Assembly (NCBI GenBank): GCA_001687465.1
Contig: LVLI01000055.1
Coordinates: 49,483 to 69,482 of the forward strand
Direction: 5' to 3'
From: Halocafeteria seosinensis
Lineage: Eukaryota
Length of the DNA: 20,000 bases
In this document: positions 8,681 to 20,000 of the stretch, one piece after another
How the letters are laid out: each line of letters opens with the position of its first letter
Numbering within the stretch: the stretch's first letter is position 1
Made by a program: the position numbers and the translations under genes
The notes under the pieces: generated by a model
What the model was told of the DNA's origin: nothing
Database searches by the model: none
What the model saw: only the letters and a program-made list of their open reading frames with translations

Positions 8681-11600
8681 ATGGAGCCCTCAACGGCGAC
8701 GTCCTCCTCCAAGGAGGAGGAGGATAATGGCCCTCATGCTCCTTCAGAGGAGGACCAAGGACAACATGAAGCAACTGGTGGTGAAGGGAGTAGCAGCGCC
8801 ACAGGTGGTGAGCAGGAGGAGGGGAAGGAGGAGGAGGAAGAAGTGGATGCAGGTCGAGAAACGGCGGCCAACTTGCAGCAAGTTAACGCAGAAGCTGCAT
8901 TTGACTTTTTAGATCAGCAAGTGGAGAAAGGGGCGATTTCTTCCGAGCAGTACGTTGCCAACCAATCTCTGACACAATGTAGCCTTTCTTTGTTGGGTTG
9001 CACTGAATCTTTTATATATATATTTTTTTTTTCGTGTGTACCAATGACAGAGCGGAGGAACTACGCAGCCGATTCAAAGAGTTGCAACATACAGTATCCG
9101 AAACGGCCGAACAGGAGCAGAATAATGCTCAAGAGCTAGAGCGCCTTAGACGCGTCACTAGGGAAGAACAAAGAACACTGGACACCACGGTACGCTCGAA
9201 GGAACGCCTTACAGATGCGGTGGAACAACTTGCACAAGAAAAAGACGAGGTCAGATGAACTATGATGGGAAAACGTCTACGTGACACTGTCCTCAACCAA
9301 TTACTTCCCTAATGCAGGCTGCTCAAGAACTCGAAGAAGCAGAGAATGAGGATAGCACTTTACACTATGAACATAGCGAGCTCAAACGAAAACAGGAAGA
9401 GCTGAAGGGACAAGTGGAGGCTGTTCGTCAAGCCAACAAGGACTTAGTAGAGCCCGAATTAGAATCATTGATGGAAGAAATCAAACAAGGAAAGGAAGAG
9501 CTATCCAAATTAAAGAACTGGACAGAAAATGCGGAGAAAGAAGAGAAAGAAAAGCGCTCCAAAGTGGAACAACTCCTTGTCATGAAGGAAGAAGCAGCTG
9601 AAAGCCTGAGTATGATGCGGCAAGAATGGACAAGAGTAAAGAATGAGCCTGAAAGAGTAAAGTAAGTTGTTTACGTGTGGATGTTAAGAATGGGAGCGAT
9701 TGCGATGCTTGTCGATGCCCTCCATTTCTCTACAGCAAACAAGCGCAGAGCGTGCAGACTGCTGTCCGGGAAGTCAGTACCGAAGCACAGAAGCTGAACA
9801 ACAAGATCGCTGATGTTGATAATGAACTTTCACGACATATAGACAAGCGCTCTGAGGCAAGTAGGTTGCATTCACAGTTGCAATCATCAATCGACAAACA
9901 CCGGACAGATGTGGAGGAGTACCGTGCCAATGTGGCTGAACTAGATAAGAGTATCAAGATCGAAGAGCAGGAACACAAAGATCTAACTGAAAGGAAAATG
10001 ACATTGCAAGCGGAGCTCAAGCACGCCGCGAACAGTTTACGAGATGCTCAATCTTCCTTATCTTCCATGGAGTCTTCGTACGAACGAAGCAAGAAGGAAC
10101 TGAAGCGCCGGATGGATTTAGCAAACGCGGAGAAGGCGAAGGTTCCTGCTGCTGAAAATGACGTTGTAGATGCGACACATGCGCTGCGGGCCTTGGAGAG
10201 GGAACATGAAAGTATACAGAACCAACGGGGCAAACTCCGTAAAGATGTGGACGTGTTGGTGCATAAAGTATTGGTTCAAGAAGCTGGCGAAAGCAAGCTT
10301 GCGGAAAAGTTGCAGGAAACGTTAGATGTTGAAGCATCGCTAGAGCAAGAGAAGACGAATTGGAACAAGGAGGAACAATTGGCGTACAAGCAGATAAGTG
10401 CCTTGAAAGCACAGCGAGATCTGAAAAATCGCGAACTCTCTAGAACACAGCAGAAGATCAAAAGTAGTGAGGAAGAGCAACTCATGAAAAATTTGCAACT
10501 TACAGATCTCACAAAGCAAGCTAATGAAACTATCAGTAAGCTGAAGAACTACTCAAAACTATACGAAACGGTGAAGAATGAGAGAAACTCTTACGTGAAC
10601 GCCATACAAGCCTCGTCACAGGCATTAGCTGAGATGAAGGAGCGGATTAAAATATTACAGAATGAAGTGGAAATTTTACAAAATGAAAGCATTGCAAAAG
10701 ATAAAGCGCTGTCGAAGGAACGGCTCGCTCATGCAGACGCCTCAGTTCAGAGAGATGCATTGCGGTTTGAGACCAACAAATCACACGCTACTTACCGGGA
10801 AAAGCAAAGATCTGTTGAACAGCAGATCGTGCGGATTGATAGGTTAAACTCTGTTATATCGAACTTGGAGAAGACGATGCTTCAGCTGAAGAAGCAATAC
10901 GAAAAGGCTGTGGAGGATAGGAATCACACCGGCATACAGCTGATAGATAGAAATGATGAACTGTGCATCCTCTATGAAAAGTCGAATATTCATGAGGATA
11001 CGATGCGTAAAGGAAATGAATCGTTAGCAACATTGGACAGAGAGATACAAGAGCTTCAAATCAGGGAGAAGGATCTCGAACGGGAGCTTGACGTCGTCCG
11101 AGAAAAGTTCCCGAAGATGCCACAGTTGGCGGAGAGGGTGCTGTCGTTACAAAAAGAACTTGCTTCTGAACGGAAATTCACAGAGAAACTGTCGTCAGAA
11201 TTGGAAAACCCTAGCAACCACCGTAACTGGCAACCATTGGAAGGATTCGATCCTGATTCCGATAGGTTAAGTGAACAGGTTTCGGCGTTGGAACAACGGC
11301 TAAACGAAAAGAGAGAAAAGCTCCTAGAACGGGAACTGGTTTTGGAAGAGTTAAACTCCTTGAGTGAGAAGCTGAACGATAAAGCTGTAGAAGGCAAAGG
11401 TGCCACATCAGAGCGAGTTGATCAAGTCCATTCCTTGCAAGCAAAATTGCAGAATGTAACCAAAAAGATGATGGCATTGGTTTCAGAGTTATCCATGTAC
11501 CAGGCTACGAGTATGAAGCTCGAGGAAGAAAAGACCGAGCGCCAGAAACAAGTCGAAGAAGCCGAAGCTGCGTTACAGCGGGGTGAAGTACCTTCAGAGG

Positions 11601-11869
11601 AGGCTGTGCAAGCACTGCAACGCAAGGAGCGTTATCAAGAGGTACAGCGGTCCCGCAAAGAGCGGTTGAAAGAGTTGGAGAGGCAGAAGGAGATGCCAGC
11701 CTACGCAACGCGGACCACCGCGGAGCAGCGCCCGAATGCGTACGTGCCTGAAGGCGAAGCCATTGCTGTACCGAAACCTTACGGAAAACATGCTCCATTC
11801 AAGCCCCAGAAGCCCGGTGCCACTATGCGAAACATTCGAAAGCCACAACAGAAAGAAATTGAAGTTTAA
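8681..11869 (+). CDS. CCDC146: Coiled-coil domain-containing protein 146 / MBO2-like axonemal protein (about 981 aa)
   Basis: Inferred exons are 8681-8949, 9051-9249, 9318-9661 and 9736-11869. The protein is a long coiled coil with LYETVKNERN, GIQLIDRNDELCILYEK and KKMMALVSELSMYQA. The C-terminus TTAEQRPNAYVPE..PKPYGKHAPFKPQKPGATMRNIRKP is family-typical. The N-terminus is acidic and low-complexity. Confidence 0.85.
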
Positions 11870-12055
11870 TCTGGCCTTGGTCTTGTTTTAGTTATGCGCC
11901 GCACACTGAAGGCAAACAATCGAACAGCAGTGGATCGCTGATGAGCTACACACATGGCTCAAAACCAAGCAATATGTGCATTGGAAATAACTCCAACGAA
12001 TGTGTCTGTAATGCCCATGCCACAGGAAAATTCGGTGTTGGCTTAGGCTAAGGAT

Positions 12056-13096
12056 TTACCTCTTCTGCAGCTGTTCCCACAAGTTCCCCCGACGTTGTGC
12101 AGTCGCCCGAGCCCACTGCACACGGAACACATACAGTCAGTACTAGTAGATTCACCAAATAATACCTACGAATACGTACTTCCCCAGCTACCTGTTCAAT
12201 GAGTTTGGGATCCACCCCTTCGGTATTCCATTGATTCAATGAACCTAACGCGAAGGAATGCCATTGCTCATAGTCAACGAAATTTTGCCTTTTTTCTTGC
12301 GCCTCCTTGCTTGGTGTTTCAGGAGGCTCATGAAAGCTACACTCGGAAAGATCATAAGTATGGTTCTCATGAGAGACTTCACTGCTGCGGTCAGTTATAC
12401 GACTCGGTTGTTCTTGCGTATGGAGCGGTTTCTGCTCGTCAACTGCTCCCGATAAACATAGATTGAAAGCGCGACTCCACAAGTCGACAGAGCGTTGTCC
12501 GGGGCACTGCAGATAGCAAACGCCAACTTTGGGGTCGTACTGCTGGGCACCAAACCCATTATGAGGAGACGTACCTGTAAGATGACCGCACCCATGCGGC
12601 ATCCCAAAATAAACATACGATATTCGCGTTCTTCCAAAAGTGTCTCAATGCTTTGACAGCGGATTAAGCCTTTTGACGAAAGTCCAGACGATAAAAACTC
12701 CAGAGCCGCTTCGTCACTGTACTCAATGTTGTCCTCATCTTGGTCGTCATCATTTTGAGTGGCGGACGATTCTACCATCGTGGAAGCGGGACCCCATCGA
12801 AATGTATCTCTTGTCAAAATACACCACGTTTTCATCCACTGTCGAGGATTTTCGTTTTGAATAGCCTCCTGTGCAGCTTCCACGGGCGCTTCGTACGTAT
12901 GGCGTCCCCGGAGCCGTAAATACCCTTCCAAGAGTTTCGGCCCCCCTCCATCCGTCATCCCTGCGGCTGCCATCGATGCTGTGGTAGAGGTCTGTGGCGT
13001 CTGCTGACTGGAAAAATTCGACCAAACATCCCGATTACGCTCGGAAACTACATGAGAGGCAGCCGGAGTGCCTGGGATCTGGTTCATCATGCTCAT
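12056..13096 (-). CDS. Hypothetical protein with a PH-like domain
   Basis: Inferred exons are 13096-12575, 12506-12180 and 12115-12056. The 3' end is uncertain because an AG|GTAAAT donor at 12059 could add a further exon from 12005. PH-like elements: LLEGYLRLRG, WMKTWCILTRDTFRW, KGLIRCQSIETL and ILQCPGQRSVDLWSRAF. Confidence 0.55.
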
Positions 13097-13397
13097 GGAG
13101 CTGGCATGGAAGCTACCTGCTGGTATGCCGTCGCACTCATTCCTTCAACCATCACACATAATACACACACGAACGAGTGTAATGGCACGCTGATTTCGCT
13201 TCCTTCATAATTCAATGAACGAACTTCAACGACTCCCGGCTTCAACTTCACGAAGGTCGCCATTCATTTTCGGTATACACAAGAGTGAATTTCAGGATTT
13301 GTCATGCTTGGACAAGGTAGAATACATCCGTCATCATAAACGATCAATTTTTCTTCGGTCGAATTTTGTGCTTCATCATTGCAAGAAGCGAACAAAC

Positions 13398-14983
13398 ATG
13401 CTGGGTAGAAACATGAATCAATTCCGTAAAGCAGCTGCTCCTTTTACAAAAAGAGCTGCTCCATTGACTCAGACTGCTGGGACTGGAGTGCGCCTGTTTA
13501 CCAGCTCGTCACCGCTGATGAAGGCTGACTTTAAGAGTGGATCTAGCAAACCCAATGTGGCAATTGCTGGCGCGACAGGCGCTGTCGGCCAGGAATTCCT
13601 GCGTATTCTAGAGCAACGCAACTTTCCCATGAACGATGTAAGTATCCAATCCTGCTCTGCATACTTTTTTGTACTGCTATACCGTGAGGGTTGCATGGGA
13701 AAGGCTCCCGAAATGGCGTGGGAGCGCCTCGAGAACAGCCTGAAGTGGGATATTCCTGTGGTGTCTCTGTTCACAGGGCCACCACAGGGGTCCTTACCCT
13801 TTTTGTTGTTTTCCCCAAGGGGACGTTCTAGGGAGCTAGTTTGCCCTGTTCCGTCGGCGGGATTTGAGTGTGAAGTGTGAAGCTGAACCCGAAGCACGGG
13901 CTAGCTTCGCCGTCACCACCGGCGGAGTCATGCCGTATTTTTTACCTTGAGAATTGAACAAGTTATTTGATTCATTTCCCTGTTTCCTTCGCAGCTCAAA
14001 TTACTCGCCAGTTCCCGCAGTAAAGGCAAAAAGATGGAGTATGCCGGCAACGAAATCACGATCGAGGAACTGACGGAAGATAGCTTCAAAGATGTAGATA
14101 TCGCCTTGTTCAGTTGTGGCGGGAGCCAAAGCAAAAAGTAAGCGTCATAACATCCTTTAAACCGTCACATACGCTTCTATCATTGTTTGCTCGCCTTTAT
14201 TGGGAACGCAGATTTGCTTCTCCAGCTGTAAAGGATGGCTGCGTGGTTGTAGACAACAGCAGCGCCTTCAGAATGGACCCCAACACACCTCTGGTGGTTC
14301 CAGAAGTGAATCCATCTGCTGTAAAGGCACATAAGGGTGTGATAGCCAACCCTAACTGCTCTACCATTATCATGGTCGTGCCTATGTGGCCGCTTCACCA
14401 AGCTGCTGGTATCCAGCGGGCGGTTATATCCACCTACCAAGCTGCTTCCGGATCAGGTGATCAAGCCATGCGCGAGCTTGAGGAACAGGCGCGACAATGG
14501 GCCCGTGGAGAAACTGACTATAAGAAAGATATCTGGGGACGCCAGTACATCTGGAATGTGTTCCCTCACAACAGCGCTGTCGACCCTAACAACTTGTACA
14601 ACGAGGAGGAATTAAAGATGATCAAGGAGACTGGCAAGATTTTTGAAACTGATACCGTGCGTGTCGATGCCACGTGTGTGCGTGTCCCTGTATTACGTAC
14701 TCACTGTGAGTCAATCAACCTCACTTTCCGGGACACCCTTAAGGCTAGTGATGCTCTGGATATCCTCAGCAAAGCCCCGGGTATTAAGATAATTGACGAT
14801 ATCAAGAATAGTCAGTTTGCTGAGCCCCTCAATGCTTCCGATCAGGATGATGTGATTGTCTCTCGCGTCCGCCAGGACTTGAGTCAAGAAGAAGGAAAGG
14901 GGCTTAGTATGTGGATTGCTGGTGACCAGATCAGGAAAGGTGCTGCCACCAATGCCGTACAAATTGCGGAACTGTTGTTATAA
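13398..14983 (+). CDS. asd: Aspartate-semialdehyde dehydrogenase (about 384 aa, bacterial/plant type) with a mitochondrial-type presequence
   Basis: Inferred exons are 13398-13637, 13995-14137 and 14212-14983 (introns of 357 and 74 nt). Motifs: VAIAGATGAVGQE, LKLLASSRSKG, VDIALFS, VVDNSSAFRMD, PLVVPEVN, IANPNCST (catalytic Cys), STYQAASGSG, CVRVPVLRTH and DQIRKGAATNAVQIAE. Confidence 0.95.
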
Positions 14984-15486
14984 ACTTCTTTATTGTTATT
15001 GCATACATAGTTCTTTGTACTCTCTCAATTTCTCTCGCTGTAGCCTAAGAGAGGTACACTCCATCATGGCGAGGAGCCCTGATGAATTCACGTGTTTACA
15101 ATTGGCGGTCGAGTGTCATTGTTCACGTGCCCCAGTTTTCGCTCTACTCTTGCCCTGTTTTCAACAGCCAAAGATGGTAGGAAAGAAAACTTGGTCACTG
15201 GTCTCGTCGATCATGTGCGCAAAGAAATGGACCAGCAGAATTGCACCACCCGAAATAGTATATTGACCATTTACTTTCCCAAAGGAAGGACTTTGGCACC
15301 TTCCATGTGCACATGTGAAAACCCTCGGTGTAACTGGCCCAGTTAAGCTAGGTACAACTTGTTACGACTTCCAGCCGCCGGGAAGTCGCATCTGCGATTC
15401 GGGGATTATAAACCCCTTGATCCCCAAGTATTGTTCATTTACCTCGTGTTGTATTGCATAATAACAATCATCATCCACAACAAATC

Positions 15487-17464
15487 ATGATGCTATCGAA
15501 ATTGAGACGCCCTCTTATGGCGGCGACATCCAGACGGATATTGTGTCGGAACGCTTCCTCGTCCACCACCGCCGCCCCCGAGGGCGTGGATGAACCTGCA
15601 CTGGAGGGCAAGAAGGACGATGAATTCCCATCCTTCGCGCGCGCTCTTTTCCGAGGCGACGTGACCAAGAACCACGTCTACCCTTACCCGGAAATCCTCA
15701 CCAAGGAAGCCTCCGAGATGCTGTCCATGTTCATCGACCCCATGGACAAGTTTTTCAAAGAAACCAATGATGCCGCCAAGAATGACGAAACTGCGCAAGT
15801 CCCACCGGAAATTACCGAAGCGCTCAAAGAGATGGGTGCATTCGGTCTCCAGGTGCCCGAGGAACTCGACGGCGTAGGGCTGAATAATACGAGCTATGCC
15901 CGGCTCATTGAGGTCTGCGGGGCGTATGATTTGGGCATGGGAATTTATCTGGGAGCCCACCAGAGTATTGGGTTCAAAGGAATTCTCCTCTTTGGAAACG
16001 ACGCACAACGCAAGAAGTACCTCCCGCCCTTAGCCAAAGGAGAAAAAATTGCGGCGTTTGCGCTGACGGAACCGTCTTCGGGAAGTGATGCCAACAGCAT
16101 TCGAACCAAAGCAGTTCTCAATGATGCAGGAACGCACTACATTTTGAATGGAGGAAAGATCTGGATCAGTAACGGAGGCATCGCTGATGTTTTTACCGTC
16201 TTTGCTCAAACACCTGTTAAAGATGAAAAGACAGGAGAAACAAAAAACAAAGTGAGCGCATTTATTGTAGAGCGCGACTTTGGTGGCATCACATCTGGAC
16301 CTCCAGAGAACAAAATGGGTATCAAGTGTAGCAACACCGCTGAGGTGAGCTTTGAAGATGTCCATATTCCTGTTGAGAACCTTCTGGGAGAGGTTGGTGA
16401 AGGATTCAAAGTAGCTATGGAGATTCTGGTAAGTTCTGTTCAGTCGTTATTAGTATATCTTTAAGCTTGTTAGTATCCGTTTGGACTCGGCTGGCAACTG
16501 ATTTCTAATGTTGCAGAATAATGGAAGATTCGGAATGGGTGCAGCGCTCTCCGGGACTATGAAAGGTGTCATCAAAGGAGTGACAGAGCATGCTGCCTCG
16601 AGGAAACAGTTTGGGTACCTTCTAAAAGACTTCGACCTCATTCGTGGAAAGATTGCCAACATGGAAATGAAGTGCTATGCAGCAGAGAGTATGGCGTACG
16701 CCGTTGCTGGAAATATGGACCGAGGCGCCAAGGATTACCAGCTTGAAGCCGCAGTGTCGAAGATCTTTGCTTCCGAAGCTGCCTGGTATGTAGCTGACGA
16801 GGGTATCCAAGTCCTCGGTGGTGCCGGCTACATGAAGGACCTGCCCTATGAGCGTATTCTTCGAGACCTTCGCATTTTTAGAATTTTCGAGGGGACAAAT
16901 GATATCTTGCGAATGTTCATAGCCCTTACTGGCTTACAAAGTCTCGGGAAAGATTTGAAACCTGTTTCCGATGCCATGAAAAATCCGATGGCCAACATTC
17001 CCACATTATTGCCGGAAGCAATCTCCATGATGAAACGACGGTTCGGAATATACGATAATCCCACTGTGGACTGGGCCCCGAAAGCACTTGCCCCTGCTGC
17101 TGATTGTATCAGTAAGAGTACTGGGTTATTTGGGGCCGGTGCAAAAGACCTCCTCATGAAGTACAACAAGAAAGTTATCGAGCAACAGATGGAGCTTGAG
17201 AGAGTCGCGGACTGTGTAATCGATATTTACGCCATGGCTGCCACTACCGCTCGCGCAACCAGGGCAGTAGACCAAGGACTGGAAACGGCGGACCACGAAG
17301 TGATGTTGGCCAATGCTTTCGCGAAAGAAGCTGCACGTCGGGTCCAACAAAACGTTGCTAGAATCACTGGAAGCGGAAAAGACATTGACGACTGGAAGAA
17401 GAAAATTTCAGACAATGTTTGCGAACGAGGGGAGTATGTACCCACTCATCCGCTCGGATTTTAG
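15487..17464 (+). CDS. ACADVL: Mitochondrial very-long-chain acyl-CoA dehydrogenase (VLCAD/ACAD9 family, about 629 aa)
   Basis: Inferred exons are 15487-16428 and 16517-17464 (88-nt intron). Motifs: [48 protein letters not shown] and [21 protein letters not shown] (catalytic Glu). It has a VLCAD-type C-terminal extension ending HPLGF and an Arg-rich presequence. ACADVL versus ACAD9 cannot be settled by eye. Confidence 0.88.
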
Positions 17465-17571
17465 CTGTCGTCGCGATCAAAGCTTAGCTTAGAAATGCCA
17501 AGGTCGGCGTGATGCCAGTACTGTCCAAATCTTTTTTGTTGCTCCTGTTTTCTCGGAAGTTGTGTAGGCGA

Positions 17572-19283
17572 TTATGAACCACTGTGATGAAAATGTACTC
17601 TAGAATGGAAATGAATTATGTCTTTACATAGCCGGCTCAGCATCCCCACTAGGGGCAAGTAAGAGAGCCCGTTGACTGTGCGGTCCACCGCCGGTGACGT
17701 AAATAGCTGGAATACGGGCGTTCTTAACAAGTACAGGACCCACATTCGCTTTCTGCGGCTAAGTTCGTTGTATTCAACGTCGGTGAGACAGTGCTGCGCG
17801 GCATCTGCATTCAGAAAATCCGAGACGAACCCAATTCCCCAAATGGCCAATCTTAGAAGTAACGAGGCGGTATGAGCCGCCGAGCGTTCAATTACACTCC
17901 GCAACATGCCCTGTTCTGGATTTGAAGGAACTCGTGGCCATGCACTACAGTATTCACCTCGGCCACTAAAAGCATCAAGCAAACTATAGGCGTGCTTCCA
18001 CAACCCTTGTTGTGTCATTCCTCCACCACCTTCCCAAGCAGCGTACATAGAACAATAATAACTCGTGGCATCAAAAACCATTGAAACGATTAATGCCTTC
18101 CATGATCCCCATCCTGCTAATTGTGAAGTTGATGCATACGCTACTGGGCGAAGTATGTGCAGCAACTCGCCAAGTACGCGGATGTTGCTGACATCGACCG
18201 AGTCACACTGCCCCTCGATGTATTCAGAGGATGACGCCAGTCGTTCATCGTCAAGCTTAAAACGCATACCCGTATTTCTCCCTTTCCACCATCTCGGTGG
18301 ATTTGACGCACGGTCTGCCGGCTTTTTGTCTACTCGTTCGATCCGTCCCTCGTCAATCAGATGGCGTTTCTTTGACTTCAGCAAGAGTGTTAATTTCAGG
18401 GCCGCTCTGACGATTTCAATGATGAGAATAAGTCTTCTTTGGATTTTTTCTCCACCACCATGCCTTGCGGCTAGCTCTAATACAACATCCACCGAGGATA
18501 AGGCCGTAAGAGCCCAACGAATACTTCTTTCCTCGAAAGGCACCTCCAGTCGGGGGACACTATCATATGATCGAGGCAATCGCTCAAACGCATCCAAAGA
18601 TTTTTCTTTCTCGTTTTTCTCTTCATGATTGCCCTGCTTTTGTTCTGTATTCGACTTTCCGTTGGTATGCTCAGAGCCGTCAACATGGCCATTCGTTTGC
18701 ACGGAAGCAGCTGCGCCGCCGCTTTGGGACGACGGGTTAGTAGCAGCAAGATCAATTCCATGACTGTTCACCACCGTAGTGTTCGTTTTGGCTGCTGTGG
18801 ATGCGGCTTTCCCGTCAGACGAGTCTGCAGAGGCCTGGGTATTGGATTCATCCACTTTGGCACCCCTATCCTCCGGGTTCACGAGGATGCCATCGTTGTA
18901 CAAGGCCAGCAAATTTGACAGACTATAGACTCCTTCACTTATCAGCTCACCGGTTGTTCCCAGACCGCTCTGCAAACAGAACAATGACTCGAATAAAGCT
19001 GCATTCATGCAATAAAGTCAAAAAGCAGGCTTACAGGTACCAGGAAGCTGGCAGCTCGTCCCACCTCCTCCACTCTGCGTGCTTTCTCGGGGTTCTCTTT
19101 CACCCAGCGGCGGTACTGGGCAAGAGACTCTAACAGATCAAACGATCCAGCGCTGTTACCAATACTGTCCCCGTGTGTACAGGAACTGGAGACGCCTGCA
19201 TCGGTCAACGAACTGGCGGAGGCTGTGGTGGTTGGTTCCTCCTCACTCATGCCCCTCTCGTTCTCTCCACTTTCTTCGGCCAT
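17572..19283 (-). CDS. PEX16: Peroxisomal membrane biogenesis protein PEX16 (about 548 aa)
   Basis: Inferred exons are 19283-19035 and 18969-17572 (65-nt intron). Pex16-typical segments: YRRWVKENP, SEGVYSLSNLLALYND, IEIVRAALKL, GELLHILRPVAY, SWKALIVS and ELSRRKRMWVLYLLRTPVF. Confidence 0.8.
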
Positions 19284-20000
19284 TGTACCCTGCGCTGACT
19301 ATAATGATAATGTAGTGCCTGTCATGATTCGAAACAACATCGAAGAGGGCAGAAATGACGCTAATGGTCCCGTGAAAGGCCTCCCATTATAGTGAACGAA
19401 ATGATTGTAGCTTTCCGAGGGAGGGTACCTACTTCCGAAGTCCTACTTCGCGTCGAAGTTCGCGATATGTACACAGCCCCTATTAGTATTGAGTCAAATG
19501 CCAGTGGAGAGAGAGAGAGAGGTGCTCGTAGACCCGCGAAACGAAGGAGAAGCGAGACCAGTAATGGATCTGGTAGCAAAGGACCCAACGAGTACAGTTT
19601 ATGTCNATNTAGCCAGCAGCAGGAATACCTGGAATACCACACCGTCGCGGCAGAAGCAGAGAAGATGCAGCGGAAACTACGGACATCTGAGGAGGCCACC
19701 ACACGGAAAGTATCCCGTTCGCGATAGAGGCGATGGGAGGCTTCGGAGAAGACGCGATCACGTTCCTCAAGAGAACTACCAGGAAAGCACCTGGGGACAC
19801 ACACACAAATGTGACAGATAGCCCACCGGCCGGGAAGTTGACCACATCCTCTTAACGAGGAGCGGTATGCGCCCGTGTTAAGCAGCGACGGGCCCGCTGT
19901 TCCTGCAGCCTTGCTGACATGCGCCGTGAGGGAACACAGCACTGGTTAAGCTCAGGAGGCATCGGGGGAGGAGCCATGCCTGCGCCCACAATGTCAGAGG

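Noticed and set aside
9730..11848. Numerous antisense ORFs within CCDC146, and similar ones within ACADVL, asd and PEX16
   Set aside because: These are shadow ORFs on the opposite strand of well-supported genes.
13093..13140. 15-codon upstream ORF overlapping the start of the PH-like gene
   Set aside because: The transcript start is unknown, so it cannot be distinguished from chance or from an alternative first exon.
15089..15129. Two CACGTG boxes upstream of ACADVL as part of the ectoine regulon
   Set aside because: A 6-mer is expected several times by chance in 20 kb, so it has no specificity.
1..20000. Ectoine hydroxylase (ectD) or an ectoine transporter
   Set aside because: No such coding sequence is recognisable in the window. 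It could lie left of the truncated ectB or elsewhere.
19392..20000. Possible start of a + strand gene divergent from PEX16 (basic RRPAKRRR segment, GA repeat)
   Set aside because: The region has ambiguous bases and no recognisable domain, and I could not build a consistent exon model.

Overview
This is compact, intron-containing eukaryotic DNA with GT-AG introns, mostly 58-101 nt. It probably comes from a flagellated protist, since it carries the axonemal gene CCDC146/MBO2 alongside peroxisomal PEX16 and a mitochondrial VLCAD. The main signal is a eukaryotic ectoine biosynthesis gene cluster in the first 6.5 kb, made of four adjacent spliced genes in two head-to-head pairs: DABA aminotransferase (ectB role, Dat-type, runs off the left edge), aspartokinase, DABA acetyltransferase (ectA) and ectoine synthase (ectC). 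Aspartate-semialdehyde dehydrogenase (asd) lies about 6.9 kb further on, so all five steps from aspartate to ectoine are encoded in about 15 kb. All five proteins have N-terminal extensions resembling mitochondrial presequences. The longest introns are all in pathway genes and share short motifs. The other genes are a TPR-ankyrin-MYND protein, CCDC146, a PH-like protein, an ACADVL-like gene and PEX16. Exon boundaries were inferred by hand from GT/AG sites and reading-frame continuity, not from transcripts.
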